A stretch of DNA of 64,000 nt from Glaucostegus cemiculus. Taxonomy: Eukaryota. The DNA lies in NCBI GenBank assembly GCA_976551045.1, contig CDPCPM010000014.1, forward strand, positions 20,832,001-20,896,000. Direction: 5' to 3'. Each line of letters opens with the position of its first letter. The first letter of the stretch is position 1. A program made the position numbers and the translations under genes. Positions 21,961-34,055 of the stretch are shown here, piece by piece. The notes under the pieces are model-generated. The model was given only the letters and a program-made list of their open reading frames with translations, was not told the origin of the DNA and made no database searches.

Positions 21961-23963
21961 TCAGACCTTGCTGTAATTTTTTTTGTGTAATGAGGTATAA
22001 TTGTAGTTCAGGTATTGCTGGCTGCAGTGAAACACAAATGCTAGCACTGGGCTGTGATGGTGATATAAATCGTCATTATTTAAGAACTGGGGCCCAGAAA
22101 TTAGATCACATAGCGACTCAGTCGAAATGGGCACCACTGAGTGAAAGAGAATAATAAGCATTTCTGGGTCACTTTGCATCACTTGTGGAATCCTGCAAGG
22201 AATTGTCCTTTTGTCTCAGCTGATTTTGATGGCTAACACAGATCATCCCTGTGAAGTGCTCGTTTTGGATCGTTACAAGGGAAATTAGACTGCCTCGTGC
22301 TAAAGAGCAACCGTCATTTGGCACTCCAGGGACAACTTGGTCTTCAGTGTATCACTGGAATTGAGCCAACATTCATAGAATCCAGGTGCGCAGGTGGTGA
22401 ACCAAGGCCTATTTAGGTGAAATTGCTTTCAAGTAACATGCAAAGTGCAATAGCAAATCAGCAACCTTGCATAATGAACATCAGATGGGGTGCAAGCTGC
22501 TGATTTGCTACTGCTCAAATCTGTTTTGTCACTTTATAAAAATGCTGGGTTGTTTATCCTGGAAACAGATTTGAGAATGGGACAATTATGTCAGGGGTTG
22601 CTTTTTGTTTTGCATCTTGTTATAGAGACTTTAGTTTCCTGAATACTGATTCATTCTGACTGATTCATTCTTTAGCACGTTGCTTTGTTTTTAAGGCTGT
22701 TGATCTTGCTCATTACACTTTCTGGCACTTGTTTGGAGTGATTTAGCCTTTGATTTCTGTCTTAGTCTCCACCAGCTTAAGTAATGAGATTTCCATACAT
22801 CATAGAATTCTTCTTCAAGTGTAACTGAAACCTCAAATATTTCTCTCTGTAAATTGTGCTTTTTAAGAAATCAAAGACTGCATTAATCTGTTGCAGTGCT
22901 GTTAATTCTATGACAGGAGTTTTGTATATTGTTCAACTTGCTTTCAGATAATAAGTAAAACATGACTATCTGGATGGATAGGGTAGTTGATACAGAAAAG
23001 GCAAGAAAAAGGAATGAACTTTGGGATATGAATTGTATGCCTTTTAGATATTAGGGTGCAAAGTGGGAAAGGAATCTGAAGGCTCTGGATTGTTAACAAA
23101 AATTGACCAACAACAGTAAGGAAATCTAATTGAATCCAGGAATGAAAAGGTAAGAACCATGGATCACAGCTCTTAAGTGTAATAATAATTCCATATAAAG
23201 TTCAAGAATGTATCACTTTTGGTTGCTGTACAGTACAAAAATATTTAAGAAAAGTTGTGGGAGATGCAATTCAATTATGCTTAAGCAAATAACTTAAGAT
23301 CTGGTGGATCCAGATGGCTATAAACTTTAGAAATGTCACCAAAATTGGGAGATGTATAGAATGGTTACAATTTAACAAGGTTACAACAGGGTGAATTTGT
23401 CAAGAAGATGGATATTTTGTGGGGAAATGGTTGTTTAAGGAATGCGGAATTGAGCAGTTATGCATTTTAGGAATTGACCAGATGTTCTGCACAGATTTTT
23501 CCAGTTGTCTCATTTCCTGTGCTCCTTGTTCATCCTCCAAAAACTGAAGGCGCAAGGCCAGATTGCTGAATTCTTTTTCCAGTCTGTATCCTCTGTGAAT
23601 ATAGTGGCGCTTCAAGCAGTTACTTCAGCATAAAATGTTCTTGGTCATTGGGGGGGAAAAAAAACTTTGTGTAATTTAATCACAAAATTTAGTAGACCTG
23701 ATTAGCAGTTATCCTTCTTGAAGAATTATTTTTTTTCTTTGGTTCTTGGCATATAGGTGCTGCATGGCTAATTGCCTTAGCATGTTTGTGCTACACTAGA
23801 TGTCCGCTGGCCAATCTTTCCAGACTTTTTCCCTTTTGGAAAGGGGAGCCTACTCCACATTGACCTGACCAATGCATCAAATTGGGTAATAAAGAATGTT
23901 TAGTGAATATTTTTACAGGGAATAACAAGCTTGAACTATATTGAGATTGGCATTATTTAGTAT

Positions 23964-24080
23964 TGGCACCGGAAGCATGGTGACACTTGCAGGCTGCCCC
24001 CAGGATATTCCATGCAAAAAAGATGCATTTCACTGTGTGTTTCGATGTACATGTGACTAATAAAGAAATCTTATATCTTA
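23964..24080 (+). mobile_element. 3' half of the SINE family seen at 2972-3245
   Basis: GGCACCGGAAGCATGGTGACACTTGCAGGCTGCCCC..CACTGTGTGTTTCGATGTACATGTGACTAATAAA is closely similar to 3128-3240. Confidence 0.8.
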
Positions 24081-27000
24081 TGAATTTGATCTTTTAAAGT
24101 GAAATTAGTGTTTTGGTTAGTGGAAGGTGTTGGAATAGTCACTTAAAGGGACTCGATTAAAAAGTAATTGCCCCGTGCAGGAGAATGGATGTGACATAAT
24201 AGTCTATTGAAAACTTCCAAACCAAATGGTAAAGCAATGCCATGGTCTGTGAATTTGTCCAGAACTGTCTGAAATATAATTCTAAGACTTCATATCTGTG
24301 AATGGAAAGGAGACAAGCCTACTATAATCTGTCTAACTGAAGTTTGAACAAATATCTGTTGGCTTTGTTAGTAAAGTAACTACATAAAAATGAGTTTTAT
24401 TGTTAGAAACACTAATAAACATATTAAAAGTACTCCAGAGTTCTTTACTGGCAATTGAACTTGAGATGCAGAACATATTTTCAAACAGTGGGGTGATTTT
24501 TAAATTGATCATGATTCTTGTCATCAAGGCACTGAATCCATTTTAGAGTTGAGGTGAGGAAAAGCATGGAATTAAGTGTTACTTTCATTACATCTGGACA
24601 AATCTATGATTTTAAACTGAAGGAATATTTCCCAGAAATTGCAGATTTCCTAAATAAGCAATGCTTTGGGCAACTGTAAACAGAAATGTTGGCAGTATTT
24701 CCCAGACCTTAGTAGTGCTGTCACCATTCCATATTTTCAGGGGAAGTACAAATCCATGAAATTGTATGATGTGTACATTGAGTCCCCCTAGGACAACATT
24801 TCTGGTTTTCTCCTATCAGTCTTGAGGTAAATTTACCTTTGTATCTCCGTACATAATAAACAAGGCTTCACTGGGAAAGGCAGCTTTAGGGCTCCCAGAT
24901 GGTAGCATGTCCATAATGATGACCTTGGCCTTCAGGGGACTATCAGTATGATGCTGTAGTTTCCCTGACAGCACTCGTGGCTCTGAGTCACAAAGTTAAA
25001 GGTCCACTCCAAAAGTTGTATTACGTAATGCAGGATGCCACTTTTGATACAAATTTTGACTTTAGTCTATGATGCTCAATATAGTACTTCTGGAGTTAAA
25101 ATTGGCGTAATAATAATTGGTGCCATAATAATGACACCTACCATCTGGTCTTGAGGTAATTTACATTAACCCTATCTGAAATGTGGCCTTCCTGTAGCTT
25201 GTTGTAGTGAGCCAAATTATTTGTTCCATTGCTTCAATAATTTTTCTCTCAGTTTTTCATGATGGAAACTTGCTTCTGTTCCAATTTTTTTTTTGTCCTG
25301 AATTTGAGAAAGTTCTGGGTCCATAAGCACTTCAAGAATGTTGAATACCATATGGCCTTGGATAATTTTGGGGTATCCTAAGTACTTGCCAATGCTAATA
25401 GAAGTCAAAGATCTGTTCTAATACCACTCCAAAAAAACTAGACTGTCGTGTTGTTGGACTATGACATAGAATCTCCCCAGTAAGTGGTGACACAAAATGC
25501 ACAGGATTGTTCATTCCCATTGCACACTGCTCCCAGACCTGTTAACATGCTGTAATCAAATGACCTTTTGTTCTTTTTCTCCTCTTCCCTAAAATGTATT
25601 TGAAAGTTGTGGCCTAAAATTGATCAATGGAAAATGGATGGGCTGTTATTGAAGGACATGCCAGGTGTCAGTGGTACGTTCAAGCTAGTGAAACTTGCAC
25701 TGGAGCTCAATTTAAGGTGAGCCTTTGTCCTCTGGGGGCACATTGTCTATGGATTGTAGTTATGTGACTTGAAATAGGTTATAACCGATTCCTACCACCT
25801 GAGTATAATTATGCAAGAACTCTGGACTAAATTGAGGAATAGCAAAAAGTTGTTTTTGTATGGAGCAATGATTTTTTTAAAAAATTCTGCAATTTAGAGC
25901 TTCAGATTTCACACCATTTCGTTTTGGCTTACATTAAAGCAAAGTCATTCAAAATTCCAGTTATTTTTTTGACTGCAATTTGAGGATTTGTCAATTAAAG
26001 TGTGCTAATTAAAGTAATGAGGTTAATCCTAATGTCAATGAATTGTTACCAGATTTTGTGCTTTTATGGTTGCACAGTGGATTGTTGGAAGTGACTGGGT
26101 ATCAATCCTGTAATTGACATGCATGATTATTAATCTGTATCATAAAATACATTTACTCATAAGTGCTTTGACTAGACCTTCCAACTCTCTGTGGTTCAAG
26201 GAGATGCATTAAAAAAAAAATTCAGCTTTAATTTTGCTGGCTAAGTGCAACGCAGAAGTTAGATCAGAAATCATCACCCTTGTTTTGCTGAAGCAGACGT
26301 CCTCAGTATCCTCTCAATCTCATTGGAATGTGACTGGGCTTAAAATAGACTTAAATTATATATATTTTTAAATCACTTTCTCTTTGACTCTTGTGTTTCA
26401 GTTTATGTTGTGACTGAATGAGAATTAAATGTGTCAGAAAATGAATCACTGGTCTCAGGTAAATTTTTAAGCATTTAGAAATGCAATTGAATGACCGAAG
26501 ACTGGACCTGCTGAATAACTGGTCACAATATTGAGAGAACCTCTCCTCCACCAAACTAGTACAATTTTAGGCATCGAGTTGGGGTTGACGTTGATGTTTC
26601 CATTTTTGTGACAGACATCCATTCAGAATGTGTTTAACAGACCAAAGAAATGAACAAAACCTATTTTAAATGATGTAATTGATTTACACCAAGATTATGC
26701 TTGGGTACAAATATAGAAAAAGCCTCAGCCAACCGTCTGGTTATTTACTGCATAGCTTTACTTTTTTTTTCATTCTTTTAAAGACTTGTTCATTTGACCT
26801 GTTGTGTATTTTCAAAGTTAGGTTTTAATTACAAAATTGATTGCTACAATTTTCATATGGTTCCTTTTGTGGGATGTGCACTTGGACAGTGCACGCAAAT
26901 GTGATGCCAGTCCTCCTGCACTCTGTTAATAAATTGATTAACATATATATGCAATTACTATGATGCATATGGTAGTGAACAAGGACATACTATGCACCTG

Positions 27001-27249
27001 CATTGTTTAACGGTGTCATCAGCTGCTGGGAACAGTATTAGAAAGAAATTGGAGCATCTGCCACGTGAGGTTTGGAACCACAGGGTCCATGGACATTCAG
27101 GAAACCTTTAGAAGGTGAAACCTATTCCTCTTTAAACTGGATCATTTCATCCTGGTCCCAGTGGACCTCATCTGATGACATTTAAGAGGAATGAAGCCAA
27201 ATGCACAGACTTGGCGGCCTAAGGAAATGGAAGAGAAGGGTTCTAGAAA

Positions 27250-28100
27250 AGTGGGGCGATCTTCCAAAGATCCTCTGAGCTGTGCTCCTATAACCACCTT
27301 TCTGCAGAGCGATGTACCTTGAGATTATGATTTTCCACATCACTGCTGACTGAACAGTTAAAAGTCATTGTCGTTCTGATCTTTGTAACTTCTAGGAATT
27401 GGCAGCTGATGTATGTAGCAAATTAGGATTTGTGCACATCAGACATAACTAATACTCTGTACTTGAGCAGGTGGAAGGGAGACATCCCCTTTCACTTGAG
27501 TAAAGAGCAGTAGGCAGCATGAGCCCATGGATTTTCATAGGTTACAGGTTTCCTGATGGTTCAGGGAATGAACATCAGCACCCATGTGCACTCTAGGGTA
27601 TATTTCTCAACTTGGTACCCTTAATTAAACACAGACTATTAATTACTGAAGGACCAGATAGTGTGTGACCACTGGCACAAGATCCTTCCTGACTGATGCC
27701 ATGCACTTGGGTAGTTCATCTGAGTCCTTCGTTCTGAGACAGTCCACTGTGCTAGCTGTATTTTAACTGAATGACTCTTGAAAGACAAACCTTGCCTTGA
27801 CTACTCAAACCAATCTGATCTGTTGGTACTGGAAAATTTACTTGAAAATACAGACATGGTAGTGGGGAGTATGGTGGAGGTTGTTCCAGGGCTTCTTGGT
27901 GAATCTGCACCTTGGTTCAGATAAGGGTGTGCTGTACTCCAGTGAGTTGTGCATTTCATTGTTTACCCCATGTTATACATCTAGCAATCATAGATGCATA
28001 GAATGTGCCCAGTATGCCTAGCAAGAGGAGGAAGAAATAGACGGTGACAGTTCTTCTGCTGTGCTGTCAGGGCATGCTTCATAGTCCTGATGTTTACGTG
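27250..28100 (+). mobile_element. Fossil PIF/Harbinger (HARBI1-like DDE) transposase
   Basis: Broken translation GFS*VTGFLMVQGMNISTHVH (27529-27591; cf. GF..IAGFP.V.GAIDCTHV), QIVCDHWHKIL (27655-27687; cf. Q.VCD) and HLGSSSESFVLRQSTV (cf. YPGS.HD.FILRQS), in collinear order. Confidence 0.65.
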
Positions 28101-30314
28101 ACGAGCCTGGGTGTATGCATACATGGGGAGTCTGTGCCTGAATTATCCCATGATCAACATGCTGTAGCTGCAAGATTATATCAGGAGCTGCATATGCAGC
28201 AGTGAAGGTGAATTTGTTCCACTTTTTGCAAAGCATTTCATGACTGCGAAGGAAGTTCTGGATAGTCCTGTAGATGAAGAAGAATGTTCACTACTTTGGA
28301 GTGCCACTTGAGTTATTCACAACTTCAGACATCACAGTGTACCCTGATGCATTGACACTCACGTGTTTCACCCATTATTGACACATTTACAATGTGATGG
28401 ATTAAGGTGGACAGTCAACATGATGGTGTTAAATGGCAGAGGAGGCTCAAAGGACCGAATGACCTACTCCTTTGTTCTTAAGACAAATTTTCAGTTTCCT
28501 CATCATCACAGGAAGCCTTGATTTGGACCTTTCACTGCTCTCCAACTATTTCCCTCCCTTCTAGCATCCTCCCCCCGCCCCACCCCCCCACCGCTGCACC
28601 TCCACTGCAAAAATCTAGGGTAGCTCTTGCTTTTATTCTAAGGCTCTCACAATCTCACATGGAGATGCATTTTTTCTTTTTCCCATCTTCTAACTCATTT
28701 ACTATGATGAAACTGTAACGACAATGTCAGATTTCCCTTGGCCTATGAACTGCAATGGGTCAAGAAAGTAGCTGCATGGTGCCTTCATTTGTACTTGGGG
28801 ATGAGGGGGAGAAAAGGTTAAACCTCTCAGTGATATCTTTTGCCCATGTATATCATAAAGAAAGTGAAACCTTCCACATTGTCAGTTTCTGTTACTGATC
28901 ATTTCAGGCTCCTATGTATATCATGAAAGCCAGAACCAAGGAAATCAATGTGCCTTTTCATACATCCAAACAAGGCTAAAAATGACATGCCCCTGCAGGC
29001 ACTCCTTTATTGCCTGTCATCTGTTGCTGCCTATCTACTACTTCTGTGTAGTGCTCCCTTCAAGTTGAGATGCCATCCCTTGATCTTTGGTTTTTGATGT
29101 ATTTGTCCACAGAAATGACCAGTAATCACGTTTCCAAAACCTTGACTGGATAAGAAATCTTGGCATTTATATACTTTCAACAGTGTCAATATATACCTGC
29201 TTTCAAAGATTTGAGGTGAGGGAAGAAAAGGCACGAGAGAAGTCCTATCTTAAACATGGCAATAAAATTTCTGGCCTAATTTCACCACCAACTTTTAAAT
29301 TCCCACCATTACACACGGTCTAGAAGGTATGGTTTGCAGAATTCCACATTGAACTTGTCCAGGTGATCTCGCAGAAGAGAGTTGCACAGAGGTAAAAAAG
29401 TGTACGTGCAGGAGATGAATTCTTCCCTATAAATAATGTGCAAGTGATTTTTGCCAAACAGAATGAGCTTTCTGTGGGATAATTTGGAGAAGCATACTTG
29501 GAGAGACAAAATGTTTAGAATTGCGTTGTAGCAATCTTTGTTTTAGTTATTTTTAAGGATTCAATAGTGATGAAGTATTATTGCAATGTTATCCAAGCAT
29601 ATTCTACCATTGCAGTCATTTGACTTGAGTGTAAAGCCTCCTTGAGTAGAAGTTAAAGATGTTGATTGTGAGTGGGTATAAGTATAGGCAAGGGAATGTG
29701 CAGTTAAGATTTTCCATGTACCTCTACAGACATGACAAAGAAGGTGTATGACAGGCTTAAATAATCGTGTTGAACACCTGCTTACCCGTGTGCACCCCCC
29801 CAGTACCTCATTAATGAAGTTAGAGGATGGGGAGATGTATGACTTGATTGCTTTACACAGTTGAGTGGGCCTGAGTTGCTTGTGACTTGTGCTTGATTCA
29901 TTAGATGGGATTTGTGTTGAAGTCCATGGCAGCTTGTGTTGGAAAGATCACCAAAACTTAAAGAAGTTGGGAAAGGAATTAATTTTTATTGGGCTTTAGT
30001 AATTGAGTGCTGAGTAGGGAGAGACTGACATTACTGAAATACAGCATGAAAATGAATTATTCATGGAGCATTTGGTGTAACATATTTACTGTTGTTCGCT
30101 GCAGCTGTTTTCTGCCTTTATTCACTGAATTCTAAATTTGACTCCAAATCTATTAAAATGATTTGAAAATTACAGACTAATAAGTATGTAAAAGGAAAAT
30201 CCAGACTTGATCGCTAACATACATCGTCTTTTGTGTTATTTTAAAATTTGAGTAATAACCATTTATCACCCTCCACCTCCCCAATCCCTTCCAAGCCTGC
30301 TATTGAACACCGAT

Positions 30315-31432
30315 TTACACTAAATTCATCTCCAAACTCCTTGACCTAGGACTTGGCACCTCCCTCCGCAACTGGATCTTTGACTTCCTGACCTACAGAC
30401 TGCAGTCAGCAAGGATAGGCAGCAACACCTCCACCATAATTATCCTCCGCATTGGTGCCCCACGAGGCTGTGTCCTGAACTCGTTAATTTAGCCCCTATA
30501 CACTCACTACTGTGCAGACAGATTCTGCTTTAACTTCGTTTACAAGTTCGCACCATAGTGGGTCAGATGTCAAGCAACGACAAGATGGAATACAGGAAGG
30601 AGATAGGGAGTCTAGTAACATGGTATCAAGACAACCTCTTCCTTGATGTCAGCAAAACAAGAGAGCTGGTCGTTCACTTCAGGATGAGGGGCAGAGTACA
30701 TGCCCCTGTCTGCATCAATGGTGCTGACATGGAGATGGTTGTGAGTTTCAAATTCCTAGGTGTAAATATCATCAATAGCTTTTCCTGGTCCAACCACTTG
30801 GATGCCATGGCCAAGAAAGCACACCAGTGTCTCAGAAGGCTAAAGAAATTTGGCATGTCCCTGATGACCCTCACCAATTTTTATAGATGCACCATAGAAA
30901 AAAGGCATCCTATTCAGATGTATCACAGCTTGCTATGACGACGAGACTGCAAGAAATTGCAGAGTTGTAAACACAGCCTAGTCTATCACGAAAACCAGCC
31001 TCCCCTCCATTTGACTCTGACTGCTTTCCCAAAGCAGCAGGAAGTGAAGGCAACATAATCAAAGACTCCTCCCACCCTGTTGATTCTCTTTTCTCCCCAC
31101 TTCCATCGGGTAGAAGATTCAAAAGCTTGAAAAGGCATACCACCAGGCTCAAGGATGGCTTCTATCCTGTTGTCATAAGACTCTCTTGAATGGACTGCTT
31201 GTATGATAAGGATGAACTCTTGATCTCCTAATCTATCTCGTCATGGCCCTTGCTCCTTATTTGTCTACCTACACTGCAGTGTCTCTGTAACTAACACATT
31301 CTGCATTTTGTTAATTGTTTTTCCTTTTATATTACCTCAATGTACTCGTGTTTGGAATGATCCACCTGGATGGAAAAATGAAACTTTTCACTGTATCTTG
31401 GTGCATATGACAATAACAAACAAATTACCAAT
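30315..31432 (+). mobile_element. 5'-truncated Rex1/Babar LINE
   Basis: ORF 30558-30938 (EYRKEIGSLVTW..LDVSKTRELVVHFR..FKFLGVNI..LRRLKKFGMS..LTNFYRCTIE). Collinear with 9290-10395. Confidence 0.85.
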
Positions 31433-31439
31433 CCCATTT

Positions 31440-31700
31440 TTTTTATTCTCTCCATGTTCTTATCAACTCTTCCCAGATTCTCCCATTCATCTACACACTA
31501 GGAGCAATCTGTGTTGGAAAATTATTACCAGCCTACGCATCTTAGGGATATGGGATGAAACCAGACCACCTGTGGTTAACCCATGTGGTCACACAGTGAA
31601 CATACAAACTCGATGCAGATGACACCAGAGGTCAGGATTGAGACCAGGGTGCTGCAGCTGTGAGGCAGCAGCTCTGCTGGTCGCATCACTATGGTGGTCT
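31440..31700 (-). mobile_element. V-SINE/HE1-like SINE
   Basis: GGGATATGGGATGAAACCAGA..GAACATACAAACTC..GAGGTCAGGATTGA is the reverse complement of the SINE core and head. Confidence 0.65.
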
Positions 31701-32356
31701 CCAGCAACAACATTAATTTTGCAAAAATAGTACAGGAGAAATTTAATTCTATGTTGCATAGTTTATAAATTCAAACTTTGAGTTTATTATTTCAATATAT
31801 AATTTGTAATGTGATCTCTGATATAAAACTTGCATGATAATAGGTTTGGAGTTCATTGGGGAGCAGCTGCTGCCAGTATAATGCTTCCATTATTCTGGAA
31901 AAATCTTGTGCGGATCCTTTTTGCATTTAGCCTGAGTGTGGGGTTTTAAGTGCTGATTAGTATTATTGATGAAGGAGCATGAGACTCTATAAAATAAAAT
32001 TTTAACAATTCATCGATGGTTATGCCCTTGGGTGATCTTATTGCTCTGTTAACTATCTTATTGAGTTGCTGCATAGAATGAAAAAACAATAACCTTTGCT
32101 CTTTTACTGGACTGTTTGCCTTTGTTTTTTAAACTGGTGTTACTGTTAATTATCTGTCAACTACGATTATTGTTGCAAAAATACATGTGACATTGTATCT
32201 GGGCTTATGAGAAAGTCACAATTGTTGGTAATATCCATAGCAATTTTCTTGGACTTTCTCTGCATACACTTATCAATGTAAATTCCAGAATAATCCATCA
32301 CTATTTCTGAACATGTCTTGCCCATGGGCAAGATGGATGTACCAAAGATGAAGGAA

Positions 32357-32570
32357 CAGGTCCTCCCCAGGTTATGACAGGGTTCCATTCCTGAGAACTG
32401 TTCATAACCCTAACAGTTCACAAGTCAGAAATGTGGCCGTGAACTTGAATTCCTATATGATAGAAAATACCTGCAACAGCTGGCAAATCCATCCCACCGG
32501 TATCCCAAATGCTTGTTTCCTATGTACAGGCTGTAACTAAATCAGACGTTCATAAGCTGGCGAGGAACTG
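32357..32570. mobile_element. Non-autonomous Tc1/mariner (Tigger/pogo-like) MITE
   Basis: 21-bp imperfect TIRs: CAGGTCCTCCCCAGGTTATGA versus the reverse complement of the right end, CAGTTCCTCGCCAGCTTATGA. CAG termini; the TA TSD is not preserved. Confidence 0.65.
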
Positions 32571-33198
32571 TGTAGTGATATACATTTAGCTGGGAGATCT
32601 CGGATCACAGATATGGTCTTGTGGATTTTGGCCAAACTAACCCAAGGTGAAACACTATTAGTCATTACTTGGGGGACAAAAGCTCGTTGCCCCCTATTAA
32701 TAAATACTCATCTAAGTTGAACATTGCCTGGAGAAAGCTCTGGGGGGAGTAAAAAGGCACAAAATGTATTTTGGATGATGAAGTTGACTATTTGCCACCC
32801 ATGTTCACTGCCAAAACTGAGTTTGCAATACCGCTGTGTAAGTCCAAAGGACCTGATTGCTAGACTCACTAGATGATAGCCACAAAAGCATTATTGGAAG
32901 TGCAGGTGAAGTCAAGTTTGTTTTTTTCTGAAGCAGTGTTTTTTTTTAATTGGCAATTGTCATGGATTCCAGTGTAGAGAATTAAGTAATTGATGTGGAA
33001 ACATTCCTAAATGTAAGATGCTACATTCTGAACAGTTGTAAGATTGCTAGTGTTTTCAATACATGTTGGTTTAGTTCAGATTGAGAAACTGCTGAGAGAA
33101 GGGATGACATCAAGCAAAGTTTGGAAAGCAACTGTTAAATTGGATGGACCCTGCACAAAAACTCAGCAGGTCAGGCAGCATCTATGGAGGGAAATAAA

Positions 33199-33236
33199 CA
33201 GTTGACGTTTTGGGTTGAGACCCTTCATCAGATTTG
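33199..33236 (-). ncRNA. Degenerate minimal hammerhead ribozyme motif
   Basis: Minus strand CAAAT-CTGATGA-AGGGTCTCAACCC-AAAAC-GTC-AACTG. The CUGAUGA core, stem II GGG/CCC and GUC site are kept, while GAAA has become AAAA and stem I is mismatched. Confidence 0.6.
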
Positions 33237-34017
33237 GAAAGGAGGAAGGCAGAAGCCTGATTAAGAGGGGGAGGAGGACAAGCGGGCCAGTGATAAGTGA
33301 GTCCAGTTGAGAGGGGGAAGGTAGGTGGGTGGGGAAGAGTGGATGAAAGGGAGTAATGCAAGAAGGTGAGTGGTGATAGGTGGAAGAGGCAAAGGGCTGA
33401 AGAAGGAGGAATCGGTAGGAGAGGACAGTAGACCATGGAATAAAGGGAAGGAGGTGGGGAATGAGGGGCAGGTGAGGTTAGGTTGTGAGGGCAGGGGAGG
33501 GGAAAGAGAGGGGCCAAGGGGGCCACAGGAATGAGAGAAAACAAAGGGAGGGGGGAACTGGGAAGAGGTTACTGGAAGTTAGAGGAATCGATGTTGAGGC
33601 CATCAGGTTGGAGACTACCAAGGCAGAATATGAGGTGTTGCTCCTCCAACCTGCTTCAACATTAATTTCTCCAACTTCTGGTAACCCCTCCCCCCCCAAC
33701 TTTGTTTTCCCTCATTCCTGTGGCCCCCTCACCCCTTCTGTTTCCCCTCTCCTACCTTCATGACATGCCCGTCACCTCCCTATCATTAACCACAGCCTTT
33801 CCTTTATTCTATGGTCTACTGTCCTCTACTACCGGATTCCTCCTCTTTCACCCCTTTGCCTCTTCTGCCTATCACCTCTTAGCTTCTTGCATCATTCCCT
33901 TTCCCCTTCCCACCTACCTTCCCCCCTCACCTGGATTTGCCTATCACCTGCCAGCTTGTTCTCCTCCCCCCACCCCCCCCCCCACCTTTTTATTCTGGCT
34001 TCTGCCATCTTCCTTTC

Positions 34018-34055
34018 CAGTCCTGATGAAGGGTCTTGACCTAAAACATCAATTG
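34018..34055 (+). ncRNA. Degenerate minimal hammerhead ribozyme motif
   Basis: CAGTC-CTGATGA-AGGGTCTTGACCT-AAAAC-ATC-AATTG. Confidence 0.55.
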
